Part shown: positions 19,733-29,996 of the stretch, piece by piece
Numbering within the stretch: position 1 is the first letter of the stretch
Layout of the letters: every line of letters begins with the position of its first letter
Source of the DNA: Promethearchaeota archaeon
GTDB lineage: Archaea > Asgardarchaeota > Hermodarchaeia > Hermodarchaeales > Hermodarchaeaceae
NCBI GenBank assembly: GCA_048939245.1
Contig: JBHLPR010000001.1
Location: 1 to 64,000 of the forward strand
DNA: 64,000 nt
Reading direction: 5' to 3'
Position numbers and translations under genes: made by a program
The notes under the pieces: model-generated
The model's input: only the letters and a program-made list of their open reading frames with translations
The model's database searches: none
What the model was told of the DNA's origin: nothing

Positions 19733-20146
19733 TTAGGCGTCATCATGCATTGTTCTAACACATAAGGTCAATCCCTTAAGGTCATACACCCAAATACGTG
19801 TATTTGGGGCAATCATTTCATTAGCCTGTGCTTTCCATCTTTCGCCCCGAACTACAACAGTTCCCACCCAATGATCCCCTTTTTTACTAAATTCCGTTAA
19901 AGCTGTTCCTTCTTGGTTAATCAAGGGATCATACACTGGAATCTTAGTACTTGACCAGTATGAATAGATCTTCACAAGGGAAAAAATGACCAAACCAATT
20001 GTAACGATAATCATTCCAGAAATCAGAAAACTAGGAAGAAAGACAAAAAGGATAATGAATGCGATAATTGCAATGATCGCTTCCTCAATGACGCTGAACA
20101 AAATGAATCCATACAAACGGCGTCGGTCCTTTTCTTGTGTGCTCAT
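19733..20146 (-). CDS. NfeD-like protein (2 TM plus OB fold)
   Basis: G.V.VRGERWKA and GLTL.V motifs. Confidence 0.85.
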   Translation of the reverse strand: MSTQEKDRRRLYGFILFSVIEEAIIAIIAFIILFVFLPSFLISGMIIVTIGLVIFSLVKIYSYWSSTKIPVYDPLINQEGTALTEFSKKGDHWVGTVVVRGERWKAQANEMIAPNTRIWVYDLKGLTLCVRTMHDDA

Positions 20147-20288
20147 TTTAATACACCGAAAGTGGCTTGTTAATTTCTTATGATGGTTTACGTGCTAGCA
20201 AAAATAACCCTATCGTCATAAAAAGCTGAGGTATCGGTAGGCTTTTCTTATTTTAGACCAGCATTTACAACTGGAGGTATAGCAGGTC

Positions 20289-21509
20289 ATGGCAGAAGCA
20301 GAACTTGAATATGAACTGAATCTGTTACGAAAGCTTGTTGAAATTAATACCACCGTGACTAGCGAAAGTCGCATGGGCTATGCTGAATGTTCTGAGATGA
20401 TTCGGCTGACAGCCCAGCAACTGGGACTTGGTACCGAGGTGCTTGATGGGCGTAATGTCACAATTGATGGAGAATCACGCCCCAATGTAATCGTTTCTCT
20501 CGAGGGAACCTCGGAAATCGATTTACTTTTTGTCACTCATTTAGATGTGGTTCCTGCGGATGAGTCAAAATGGATAACTCCGCCCTTCCGGCTTCGCGTT
20601 ACCAGTGATCGGGCTTTTGGACGAGGTGCAGCTGATGATAAATCGAATATTGTCGCTGCGATGAGCGCTATGAGTGAACTAGCGAAAGGAGAACCAGAAA
20701 TCAACATCAAACTCCTAGTTACTGTTGATGAAGAAATAGGGGGTCGAGCTGGAATCGGCTACCTTTTTGATGATATTGGCATTCATGGACATGCGGGTGT
20801 TGTCATCGATAGTGCGCCGAATTATATTAGCATTGGAGCAAGTGGTGCCCTATGGGGGCGGTTCATCGTAAAAGGTGAAGGCGGTCATAGTGGTTACCCT
20901 GAACAAGCTGATAATGCAATCTATAGGGCCACTAGGTTTATTGAAAAACTCAAGCGCTACCATTCGAATGTTTCGAAAATCCGCAGCAAACTACAAGCAC
21001 CACCCGAAGCCCCCTATTCGAAGGTCCATGGGCGGTTCACCGTCACCATGTTGCATGCAGGGGAAAAAGAGAATGTCATTCCTGGTGAATGTGAAGTTCG
21101 ATTCGACCGACGATTGATCCCAGAAGAAGATGCTAAGCAAGCGGAAGATAGTTTACAGAATTATATAAACGAATTAGCAGAAAAAGAGGAAACCACCATT
21201 GCGGATTTTAAGATTCTCAACAAGGTAGCTGGATATCATACTGATGCAAAGCACCCATTTGTACGCCACTTCTCTAAAATCACTAAAACGGTGGTAGGTA
21301 AATCCTTGCCTCTTGCTGCAGATCTGGGTGGAAATGACGGTGCCCATCTGGCACAAGCTGGTATCCCCGTGGTTTGTTTTGGGACAATTCGTCATGACAC
21401 AAACTATCATAACCATAATGAATTCGTTTATCTGAAAGACCTTCAAGTTGTTCGGGATGTTCTGATCGAGTTGGGTAATAGTCCTGCAAGTGATTTCAAT
21501 TCTCTCTAA
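20289..21509 (+). CDS. M20 family metallohydrolase (ArgE/DapE-like)
   Basis: HLDVVP, GRGAADDKS, DEEIGG, GGHS, ENVIP, HNHNE. Confidence 0.92.
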   Translation: MAEAELEYELNLLRKLVEINTTVTSESRMGYAECSEMIRLTAQQLGLGTEVLDGRNVTIDGESRPNVIVSLEGTSEIDLLFVTHLDVVPADESKWITPPFRLRVTSDRAFGRGAADDKSNIVAAMSAMSELAKGEPEINIKLLVTVDEEIGGRAGIGYLFDDIGIHGHAGVVIDSAPNYISIGASGALWGRFIVKGEGGHSGYPEQADNAIYRATRFIEKLKRYHSNVSKIRSKLQAPPEAPYSKVHGRFTVTMLHAGEKENVIPGECEVRFDRRLIPEEDAKQAEDSLQNYINELAEKEETTIADFKILNKVAGYHTDAKHPFVRHFSKITKTVVGKSLPLAADLGGNDGAHLAQAGIPVVCFGTIRHDTNYHNHNEFVYLKDLQVVRDVLIELGNSPASDFNSL

Positions 21510-21744
21510 TACCCCCCAGTACGCTTATAAGGCGCGTAAATTCTTCTCAAAATCAAACTCACAGGTATCCGCGCCTTATTATTATGGCGCCAGCAACTTT
21601 AAACCTAGCAAGAAGGAGTCTCAAGATATTCTCAAAATATCAGAGACGTCTTCTAACCTTAACACAAAGATTTAAGGTATCCTCTTCATTGTCAACCCAG
21701 TCAACGGTTTTAGTCGGTGCCTAATTCCAAGCGGGGTAATAAAG

Positions 21745-23634
21745 ATGGGAAAAACCACACCAAAAGCTAAACCTAAGGCAGCTCCACTCTCTGAGCAGAA
21801 TAGCGTGATTCGTCGTGGTGAAGTCGCAGAGTTCTTTCGAAAACGTACCCAACTCGTCGGCTTTTCCATGGAGATGCACAAATTCACCCAGTACTGTGCA
21901 GAGTTTAGTGATAATGGTCTTGATGCGATTGAGACCTATTATTGGCAGCGAGTAGCTAAGCCCAAAAAGAAAAGTTCAATACCATTGCTGCTTCCTAAAC
22001 TTCCTGAACAAGTATCCTATACATCAGTTCCACAACCGTTAAAGACAACTCGGCGTCCAACCTCAGCGAACGCCATCTCTGAACGCATCAAATTACTGGC
22101 TACTCCGATCCGATCCATCATCAATAATGAACCCATACTACTCATGGTACTTCAAGAGCTTGAAAAGCCCGAAATTCTACCTGACGAAGTCGCTGGAAGA
22201 AACCTAATGATGTATAGCTTTGAATCCCTGGATACTGGAATCGGGATGACAAAGCGCGACCTTCAACAATATGGTCTTTATCTGGCAAGCAGTAAAAGTT
22301 TCAAACTATGTCAGACGCGAGGCAGTCAGGGATTTGGTGCATCCAGCGCATTCAGCGATTCGCAAAATACGACAGGACGCCCTATAGTTGTGGCCACTCG
22401 TCACCCAGCAAATCGCCAAGGATATGCATCGATTTTCTTCACCACAAGTAAAAACAAGAAAGATTATCTGTTGAAAGAAACCCCAACGCCAATGTCATTC
22501 AACCACGGAACTTATCTCCAGCTTTCGTTTCTCAATCTTCCTTATCGCCGAGGATATGCAGATGAATATGTTCGCCAAACCTCCTATCTGAATGCCCATG
22601 TCAATATCATTTTCATTGACCCCTATGGTGACATCTACATCTATCCTCGTCGCGTACGCGAATTTGTCCGTGAACCTAATTATGCAATGCCACACCCTGC
22701 ATCCACAAGCATCGGAGACTTTCAAGATCTGATTCGAAACACCACACAAACCTCCCTAACCGATTTCCTGTCCAAGAGTTATTGTCGACTCAGCAGACGC
22801 AAAGCCAAACAAATAATTAACAAAGCTGCAAAACAGCTGCGAAGCGACCCAATCAATTCGCAACACTCACCGAAGCAGCTCTCACAAGCCCAACTCAAAG
22901 CCCTCTATGCTAGTTTCATCTCTGAGAAATATTATGCACCACCAACGGAAACAGTGGTCCCCGTGGGAGAAGAGGTGATACGAAGAACCTTACAAGAAAT
23001 TTTTGTAGCAGAATTTGTTGAAGCTGTGAGTCGCCCCCCAACCAGTAGTAAGGGATTAGCTTTCGCAGTTGAGGTGGCGGCGGTATATGATCCTAAGCTT
23101 TCTAATCAATCCGGAGTTGGTGTTCTATATCGATTTGTAAACCGGACACCCAAACTTCGTGACAATTCTGACTGTGCCATCTGGAAAGCCGCATCCTCGG
23201 TAAATTGGCGAAACTATCGAATGGATGTTGCGAGTAATGGGTTACCAACGGGGTCAGTACGGTTATTCGCTAACGTAGTTGGTCCTTTTGTACATCTAAT
23301 CTTTAAGGCGCAATCTAAGCAAGCCCTTGCTGAAGATGATATCCTTATGCGTGAATTGAAGCTGGCTTTTGAAGAGGTTGGTCGAAAACTCCGTCGTCAT
23401 ATTGTCCGTGTCATTGCTCGACGTGAACAAGAACGTCGTGCGGATGTTCTCCTTCGGTATTCGCGAAAGGTGGCTCAATCCCTCGTGAATATACAACAAA
23501 CTGATCCCAAAATGTCAAAGAAGCATCTCAAAGCACTTCCCAAACAACTGGAGCAGGTGATAATTCAAGTTGCAGGAATTGATCCCTCTAAATTGTCTCC
23601 TATTGAAGAAGCAGAGGAGGTGGCTACCGAATGA
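21745..23634 (+). CDS. top6B: DNA topoisomerase VI subunit B
   Basis: GHKL motifs EFSDNGLDA, DTGIGM, RGSQGFG; PHP; H2TH; RFVNRTP; transducer region. Confidence 0.9.
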   Translation: MGKTTPKAKPKAAPLSEQNSVIRRGEVAEFFRKRTQLVGFSMEMHKFTQYCAEFSDNGLDAIETYYWQRVAKPKKKSSIPLLLPKLPEQVSYTSVPQPLKTTRRPTSANAISERIKLLATPIRSIINNEPILLMVLQELEKPEILPDEVAGRNLMMYSFESLDTGIGMTKRDLQQYGLYLASSKSFKLCQTRGSQGFGASSAFSDSQNTTGRPIVVATRHPANRQGYASIFFTTSKNKKDYLLKETPTPMSFNHGTYLQLSFLNLPYRRGYADEYVRQTSYLNAHVNIIFIDPYGDIYIYPRRVREFVREPNYAMPHPASTSIGDFQDLIRNTTQTSLTDFLSKSYCRLSRRKAKQIINKAAKQLRSDPINSQHSPKQLSQAQLKALYASFISEKYYAPPTETVVPVGEEVIRRTLQEIFVAEFVEAVSRPPTSSKGLAFAVEVAAVYDPKLSNQSGVGVLYRFVNRTPKLRDNSDCAIWKAASSVNWRNYRMDVASNGLPTGSVRLFANVVGPFVHLIFKAQSKQALAEDDILMRELKLAFEEVGRKLRRHIVRVIARREQERRADVLLRYSRKVAQSLVNIQQTDPKMSKKHLKALPKQLEQVIIQVAGIDPSKLSPIEEAEEVATE

Positions 23635-24863
23635 GTTCACCTAATGGTCGACGTCATTCCAGCAAAGGCACATCCTTAGACGACCATATTTCCGAAACAG
23701 TGACTTCTACTAGGAAATTTACAGCCGTACAAAAACTTCAAGATAGCCTTCAAGGCACGCGAACTATCGAAAAGCTTCCACGTGGAGTTAAACTTGTTAC
23801 AGAAAAAGACGCTGAAAGTTTACATAACGAAATCCACACTCTTATGCGCGCTCTTATTAAGGAGATTAAAAAGGGCAAGCCTCCCTCCTTAGAATTGCCG
23901 CTACGGGGAAGTAATAACATAATCTGGGATGAAGAAAATGATCTACTGCTTCTAGGCGAAAAGACCACAATCCGGTCGCTTGGCAGCCTTCGCACAGCTA
24001 AAGATGTCACCCGGCTAATTCGGGTCTTAGAAATTGTACATGAATTATTGGAAAAAGATATCCATGCAACAAAGCGAGAAATCTTCTATAACGATGTGAG
24101 ACTCTTTCAGGAACAACGCCAAAGTGATAACGCTATTGATGATATTGGTCCTCTCTTAGGCACAAATCGCGAGTCAACCCATATCGTGGCCAGTGCCAAG
24201 GGAACTGTGTTAGGCCGGTTAATCCTTCAGGATAGTGGTGATCGCATTGATTGCACTCGACTAGGAACTGGTGGCTGGTCGATTACTCCCTTTCTTGACC
24301 GAGTAGAAATCGTTGAATCTGATGCAGAATTCCTCCTTATAGTTGAGAAAGATGCGGCCATGCTTCGATTAAGTGAGGTCAAATGGTGGAATAAACATCC
24401 CTGTATCCTATTAACCGCCAAAGGTTCTCCTGACATCGCTAGTCGAATCTTTGCCCGACGTTTATCTAAAGAACTCAAAATGCCTGCATTCACTTTGGTA
24501 GACGCAGATCCCTTTGGACACTATATTCACAGTGTTTATCTTCGGGGTAGTAAACGCTTGAGCTATGAAAGTCCTTTTCTAGCGACTCCCGATCTCCGGC
24601 TCTTGGGGGTCCTTGGCCGAGACCTTGATGAATATAATGTCCCCAAAGAATGTCGTCTTCGCATGACCCCTCAGGATATCAAACGGGCAAAAGCTGTGAT
24701 GAAAGAACCTTTTGTTGCTCAAAACCGTAAATGGATGGCCGATATTCGACTTATGGTCAAACGGAAAGAAAAAGCAGAAATCCAAGCACTTAGCAGTCAC
24801 GGCTTTGAGTTCCTCGCTGAAACCTATCTCCCAACAAAATTGGAAACCGGCGATTGGATTTAG
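23631..24863 (+). CDS. top6A: DNA topoisomerase VI subunit A (Spo11 family)
   Basis: KREIFY catalytic Tyr; VEKDA; KG.PD; DADPFG; KAEIQAL; ATGA overlap with top6B. Confidence 0.95.
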   Translation: MSSPNGRRHSSKGTSLDDHISETVTSTRKFTAVQKLQDSLQGTRTIEKLPRGVKLVTEKDAESLHNEIHTLMRALIKEIKKGKPPSLELPLRGSNNIIWDEENDLLLLGEKTTIRSLGSLRTAKDVTRLIRVLEIVHELLEKDIHATKREIFYNDVRLFQEQRQSDNAIDDIGPLLGTNRESTHIVASAKGTVLGRLILQDSGDRIDCTRLGTGGWSITPFLDRVEIVESDAEFLLIVEKDAAMLRLSEVKWWNKHPCILLTAKGSPDIASRIFARRLSKELKMPAFTLVDADPFGHYIHSVYLRGSKRLSYESPFLATPDLRLLGVLGRDLDEYNVPKECRLRMTPQDIKRAKAVMKEPFVAQNRKWMADIRLMVKRKEKAEIQALSSHGFEFLAETYLPTKLETGDWI

Positions 24864-24901
24864 GCTTCAGTATGGCTTGAAAAACTCCCAACGTCTTGAT
24901 G

Positions 24902-26923
24902 CTATTGGGTCGCTGAACTAAAAAGGGACTCAAGGAGCATAGATGAACAGATCCACTCCTGCCCTACGGTTTTGAATAAAGCTAGAGGGAGTTCATGAAT
25001 CTGAGGTAGCTTCTCTGATATGATTAGGGGAGTGATTTGGACTGAATCATGGAAGTTTATTACCTCTTGAAATACTGTTGAAAAGGGTACTAATGCACCT
25101 AAAGGAAGATTGACAGTAAGAAGGAATTTGGTAGGCTTTTCATCTTGTTTGGTAGCTAGCTGCCAAACTTGGTAAGCAGGTAATAATCGAAGTCCTGCTA
25201 TGAGGTGTTTGCAGGATTCCGTTGAAAAACACTCTACTAGTACAATGACGCTTTCGGGTAAGGGTGGGTTGGTGAATCCAAGGTAGGGAGTAACGACATC
25301 TGGGATAAATCGATTATAATGATTTGCTGCGGTTGTAATTGAAGTTTGGGCGGTCTCAGCTAGTTGGCGTTGGCTAATTCGCATGTTATTTTGAAGTATC
25401 AGAAGCACACGTAATGCTTCTCGGGTTAGTTTGACAGAGTCGGTTTCATACCGAATCGAGTTTATTGAACTAAATTTTGAATCTTCAGATCGAAGAACAC
25501 TGCTTGCTAGGATCTTCCATTCAACGGGAGAGAATTTCTCCCAATAAGTGAAGCCTAATCCCCATTCAAAGCGATTGACTCGAAACAATCGGGTTGATAC
25601 TCCTGTGTCTTGTTCCCATTGTTCCAGATTGTGTAGAAACTTAGGAATTGCGTTGTCAGGTAAGGCGAGAAGTGAAAATAATGTTGTACTGGTTAATGAT
25701 ACAGGCACATTAAGTCGGAAACAATACGGGAATGTACTTAGTTGTTGATGAAGGTTAGCGACAAGGGCGTGCCTGAGCGGTTCCTTGATTGCTGCTTGTG
25801 CCATGAGAAAAAGTGGCGTGAGCCCGAGTTTGTTGTAGTTCACTTCTCCTGCTACTTGAATACCAAACTGGTCTTCTAAAGTCAGAAGATTGCGATTGAT
25901 TGTGCCACGAGCGAGTTGAGTTATTTTTGCTAGTTGGCGTTCACTGGTCATCGGATTCTTTGCTAGAGTAAGAAGGATTTGTTGTTGAATTTTCGTAATG
26001 GTCGGAACTTGTTCAATTCTGCCCAATTCTTGCTGTGTCATAATTGTAAAAGAACCCGTTGGGACTCTGGAAACAAAGCTATCGATTCGCTTTAGGCGCT
26101 TGTAGATGGATGGGAGACGCTTTTCTTCTATCAGTGTTGGAGTAATAGTTGATATTGTCGATACCCATTGATTCTGTTCTGGTGTGGGTTGAGTACCATT
26201 CCACCTAATCTCTGACCAAAGCTGGCCTTCAGTCTGACCCAAGAGTTTAGTGACGAGAATATTTGCAAATTCTTGGACATCCATGGCATCCTGAAAGCTG
26301 GTCGGAAGAAACACTCGTACAGCATCACGCAACACCAAACCCTTACTCACAGCAGGAAGAAAAAGAAATGGTGGCTGCACATTCACCATATTTGCTTCAC
26401 GATGATAGGTAGTTCCCCACCATTCATGCTCTGATACAAAGAATGAAGTTAGACTGGGGGTTGGTTTTGAGTTCCATTTGGTTTTGAAAAGTGTACGAAG
26501 AACATGAAGGCCTTCCTGGAAGTGTTTTGTAAGGGTTCGAAGTTCATACCGCCAAAATGTGCTCGGATCAAAAGCTTCTTGGGTAAGCTTATGAATTTGG
26601 CTCAGAAGCTTTTTGGGAACCGGTTTATGAAGGAGAATATCAGGGTTCTGGAAAAAATTGAACTCGTCAAGGAATGCTATTAACTCAGATGGTTTGGGCT
26701 TTGTTTCATTGATCGCCTTTGCGATTAAACAGGCGCTATAGCGTGCTGTAGCTCTCTGTTGTCCCATCGCGTCGGGAAATTCAAGAGGGCGTTTGAGTAA
26801 TTCCTCTAAAATTCGGGGATCTCCCTGAAACGTATCCGGAGCGACTGCAGAGACCCACAGCATAGTATCGCTGGGTTGGATGGCTTTCTTAAACCATGTT
26901 CGCAACATCGTCTCTGAAGTCAT
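24902..26923 (-). CDS. Large protein with two C-terminal winged-HTH/Lrp-like units
   Basis: ILLTLAKNPMTSERQLAKITQLARGTI and VLLILQNNMRISQRQLAETAQTSITTA. Confidence 0.75.
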   Translation of the reverse strand: MTSETMLRTWFKKAIQPSDTMLWVSAVAPDTFQGDPRILEELLKRPLEFPDAMGQQRATARYSACLIAKAINETKPKPSELIAFLDEFNFFQNPDILLHKPVPKKLLSQIHKLTQEAFDPSTFWRYELRTLTKHFQEGLHVLRTLFKTKWNSKPTPSLTSFFVSEHEWWGTTYHREANMVNVQPPFLFLPAVSKGLVLRDAVRVFLPTSFQDAMDVQEFANILVTKLLGQTEGQLWSEIRWNGTQPTPEQNQWVSTISTITPTLIEEKRLPSIYKRLKRIDSFVSRVPTGSFTIMTQQELGRIEQVPTITKIQQQILLTLAKNPMTSERQLAKITQLARGTINRNLLTLEDQFGIQVAGEVNYNKLGLTPLFLMAQAAIKEPLRHALVANLHQQLSTFPYCFRLNVPVSLTSTTLFSLLALPDNAIPKFLHNLEQWEQDTGVSTRLFRVNRFEWGLGFTYWEKFSPVEWKILASSVLRSEDSKFSSINSIRYETDSVKLTREALRVLLILQNNMRISQRQLAETAQTSITTAANHYNRFIPDVVTPYLGFTNPPLPESVIVLVECFSTESCKHLIAGLRLLPAYQVWQLATKQDEKPTKFLLTVNLPLGALVPFSTVFQEVINFHDSVQITPLIISEKLPQIHELPLALFKTVGQEWICSSMLLESLFSSATQ

Positions 26924-26961
26924 AAGGAACTCACTTAATATCTATCATGACTACGAACCGG

Positions 26962-27023
26962 GTAAAAAGGAAAGGGGTAGGGCAATGATTTCCTTGGGGC
27001 TTGTCCCAAGAAGCCATTCGCCC
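26962..27023 (-). terminator. Imperfect hairpin plus pyrimidine tract downstream of the 27040 gene
   Basis: Minus strand gggcgaatgg-cttcttggg-acaagc-cccaagga-aatcattgccc, then tacccctttccttttt. Confidence 0.5.
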
Positions 27024-27039
27024 TTAATATACCGCTAAG

Positions 27040-27777
27040 CTAGTCGACATCAACTTCGATACGACGGAGAAGATGAAGAATCTTGGTCTCAACAGAGTTG
27101 ATGTTTGGAATATTATCAAGCATGATAGCTGTTTTTCGTCCCGGAATAGTGAAGGTTAATCGACCAGAACGTAACAAGAGATACTCGAAAAGGTCTCGAA
27201 TTTCCTTGTGCACCATAACATTAGTCGTCCCATAACGTTCAACATCCCCCAGGATTCCTTTCTTATAGATGATTTCGTTCGGAGTGATTCTAAAGTAATA
27301 CATTCGGGTTTTAATCCAAGAAAGGAATATTACGAATACGAAAACAAAGAAGAAGGCGGTATAGGCTTCAACGCTTATGTAAAGTCGAAGAGATGACGGG
27401 TTAATCAAGAAGAGATAGCCATACCAGGTAAAGACCAGAACCACGATCAGGACTATGATGACAAGAACAAGTGCTAAGGCAACTATAACTGATTTTCCGA
27501 ATTCAAAAGTTACAATGAGTAAATTGAAGAAAAACATTACAAACCAAATGAATGCGATTGAGAAGAGCCATGTTTCGCGAAGGTTAGGATCTAAAATGAG
27601 GGCAGGGATAAGGTAGGTTACAATGGAAAGAATAAGTGATACAAATAGCATTGGGTAGAATAGGACGGTTTTGGGGTATTCGCGTACTGTAACATCTTCG
27701 ACTTCCATTTGAATTTCCTTTTGTGGCAGTTCTTCAGTAGGTATTGGTTCGTCATTTTCCCAAGTTTCATCAGACAT
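27040..27777 (-). CDS. 4-TM membrane protein with C-terminal bacterial-PH-like domain
   Basis: TM helices then YFRITPNEIIYKKGILG...LLRSGRLTF; start MSDETW after a GGTGA SD. Confidence 0.75.
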   Translation of the reverse strand: MSDETWENDEPIPTEELPQKEIQMEVEDVTVREYPKTVLFYPMLFVSLILSIVTYLIPALILDPNLRETWLFSIAFIWFVMFFFNLLIVTFEFGKSVIVALALVLVIIVLIVVLVFTWYGYLFLINPSSLRLYISVEAYTAFFFVFVFVIFLSWIKTRMYYFRITPNEIIYKKGILGDVERYGTTNVMVHKEIRDLFEYLLLRSGRLTFTIPGRKTAIMLDNIPNINSVETKILHLLRRIEVDVD

Positions 27778-27852
27778 TGTATATTTCACCAAAAGCTAGT
27801 GTGTGTCGATTTGGTGTTTCTAGGCGCTAATCCTCTGGAACCTACTTAATCT

Positions 27853-28416
27853 TTACTCCGAACTTGGCTTCTCTCTCTTATATCTTAGTAAAATTGGGTC
27901 AATGACTCCCTGGGCTAGTATGATTGCGACTACTATCCAAATTCCGGCTTGGATTCCATCAACACTTGCTGTTATTGCGGCAATAGTGGTTGGAAGACCA
28001 AAGATTAGCACTTCGATTGAGAATGTAGGTAGGAATCCTCCAATGATAACCACAGCTAGAATACATGTTACGATCCAGGATAATTGGTTGAGTTTGTGGC
28101 GATAATAGGTTGGAATACCAGTGCTTATTCCAAGTGCAATATTACCTATAAGTGGAATCAAAAACGGCTCCCATAATGCTCCACTTATCCCAACGAAAAT
28201 TCCACATAGAATTCCACCAAGGGGACCTAATATAATGCCTGCAAGAAGTGGAATGATAAAGCCGGGTGTGAGAGTAACGTAAGGTGAAAAAGTGGGAATA
28301 GCTACTTGGCGAAGAACGATTCCAACTGCTGAGAAAATCGCGAGTATTCCAATCCAAATTGAAAGAGGAAAAATTCCCACATGGGAGGGTTGAAAAGTCG
28401 GATTTGTAGAAGCCAA
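27853..28416 (-). CDS. ECF-transporter S-component-like membrane protein
   Basis: About 6 TM helices; LAGIILGPLGGILCG signature. Confidence 0.7.
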   Translation of the reverse strand: MASTNPTFQPSHVGIFPLSIWIGILAIFSAVGIVLRQVAIPTFSPYVTLTPGFIIPLLAGIILGPLGGILCGIFVGISGALWEPFLIPLIGNIALGISTGIPTYYRHKLNQLSWIVTCILAVVIIGGFLPTFSIEVLIFGLPTTIAAITASVDGIQAGIWIVVAIILAQGVIDPILLRYKREKPSSE

Positions 28417-28436
28417 TAGCTTCCCTCCCCAAGCAA

Positions 28437-29153
28437 CTAGGTGTCCTTTAGCATAATTTGTTTATCAGATTCAAAAAGCTCAGTCGCTGTCTTGACAACT
28501 TTTTCAAATTCTTCGGCAGGAAAGGCTTTCTCTTCTTCATCGCAAACGTGGATTTCAAGCATTTCTTCTCCAAGATAGAGAAAAGCACTGTAATAACCCC
28601 ATGCAGACACTAAGACGAAGCTGAGGGAAGGTTCTTGGAGGTGGAGATGACCACCTCGGTAAGTTACAAAGAATTCATTGCCCTCCAATCCTCGACCACC
28701 ATGTTCACGAATCGCACCATCAAGGGCAGTTAAAAAACGGGTAACTGAATTGAGTGAATAAAGAAGCCCATAATCCAGTGGCCAGCTGTAGACTTCTGCG
28801 GTAGTTGTTTCGGTTTCGATTGTTTCGCCTTCGTACTTGAATTTTACTCGGCGCTTCGAGGGACCTATTGTTGCCTCAGTTTTGGTTTTTAATTGGGTCG
28901 TCACTTCTTTTAATAAATCAAGTTGGGTTGTAATGACGGGAAGATCAATGTATGCCCACAAGGCTTTTCCTGTGGAGACAAAGAGATTCAACGTAAGTGG
29001 TTCAATGTTTTGTCCAGCGCTGATACTCATCTCAACCATTTCACCAAGGGGGTGCATGTGCACTTCCCATTTATCGGTTAAAGCTTGATGAATATTCGCT
29101 AGTAGTTTACCGGTTTTCCAGACAAATAAGGGGCACTGGTAATTCTTAGCCAT
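28437..29153 (-). CDS. Hypothetical protein
   Basis: Long ORF; likely start MAKNYQ at 29153. Confidence 0.7.
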   Translation of the reverse strand: MAKNYQCPLFVWKTGKLLANIHQALTDKWEVHMHPLGEMVEMSISAGQNIEPLTLNLFVSTGKALWAYIDLPVITTQLDLLKEVTTQLKTKTEATIGPSKRRVKFKYEGETIETETTTAEVYSWPLDYGLLYSLNSVTRFLTALDGAIREHGGRGLEGNEFFVTYRGGHLHLQEPSLSFVLVSAWGYYSAFLYLGEEMLEIHVCDEEEKAFPAEEFEKVVKTATELFESDKQIMLKDT

Positions 29154-29266
29154 TTTTACTCGCCTTGGGTGGATGTTCCTTCTGCAATTATTCAAATATG
29201 TTTCGAAATCGCAGTTCCAACGAAAATCTGGTTATTCTATGTTATAACTGCTTGTTGAGTAGTCTG

Positions 29267-29887
29267 TTAGGTACTTTGGGAATGTGCTGCAATGAGATCT
29301 TCATGACTTTTGTTAAATCGTTTGACCAACTCTGCGATAACCCCATCTAGAAAGACTGCTGCTGCAATTTCAAATTGAGTGCCTTCAGGCGTAAGGCTTG
29401 CATCCTCGCCCTTCTCTTTTCTCGCAAGATCAATTTTGGTTCGTCCTTGGAGTTTAACTGCTAGGTCACTCATCCGTCCAATCCAACTCTCAGGGTAGCT
29501 AGTAATCGAGATGATATGCGGGTTCTGGTCAAGATAACTTTCAATAATGGCTTTTACAATTGATGTCCGTCCGCTCCCTGAGATAACGATGATAAGATCA
29601 CCTTTATCAAGGTGTGGTACAGAGCGGCTATTTGTAATGAAATACACAGGGACGTTTAAGTGTTCCAAGCGGGTTTGAAACATCTGACCAACCATCGCGG
29701 ACCGACCACTTCCAACCACAAATATACAACCCCCTTTCCGTGCAGTATTTTCGATTGCATCGACAAACTGTTTTACGTTCTTGGTGTTTTTACGAAGAAA
29801 ATCAATATTCATCTGAATATTATCTGTGATTAACTGCATGGCTCGAAGAAATGTGCCATCTTTCTCGGTTCCCGCTTTCCTTGACAA
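29267..29887 (-). CDS. hxlB: 6-phospho-3-hexuloisomerase-like SIS-domain protein
   Basis: FVVGSGRS, ISGSGRT, ITSYPES, PEGTQFE. Confidence 0.85.
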   Translation of the reverse strand: MSRKAGTEKDGTFLRAMQLITDNIQMNIDFLRKNTKNVKQFVDAIENTARKGGCIFVVGSGRSAMVGQMFQTRLEHLNVPVYFITNSRSVPHLDKGDLIIVISGSGRTSIVKAIIESYLDQNPHIISITSYPESWIGRMSDLAVKLQGRTKIDLARKEKGEDASLTPEGTQFEIAAAVFLDGVIAELVKRFNKSHEDLIAAHSQST

Positions 29888-29996
29888 GGGGACTAGTCAC
29901 CGTTGCCCACAAAGATGTTATTGTATAAAAGCGCTTGTCTTTTTGTGTTCTTTCAACTCATATTTTTGTTGAATTATGACCGAGAAAATAAGGAAT

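Noticed and set aside
26980-27023. Hairpin containing ATGA as a possible eukaryote-like SECIS
   Set aside because: No matching GA quartet or apical AA, and no in-frame TGA selenoprotein nearby; better explained as a terminator.
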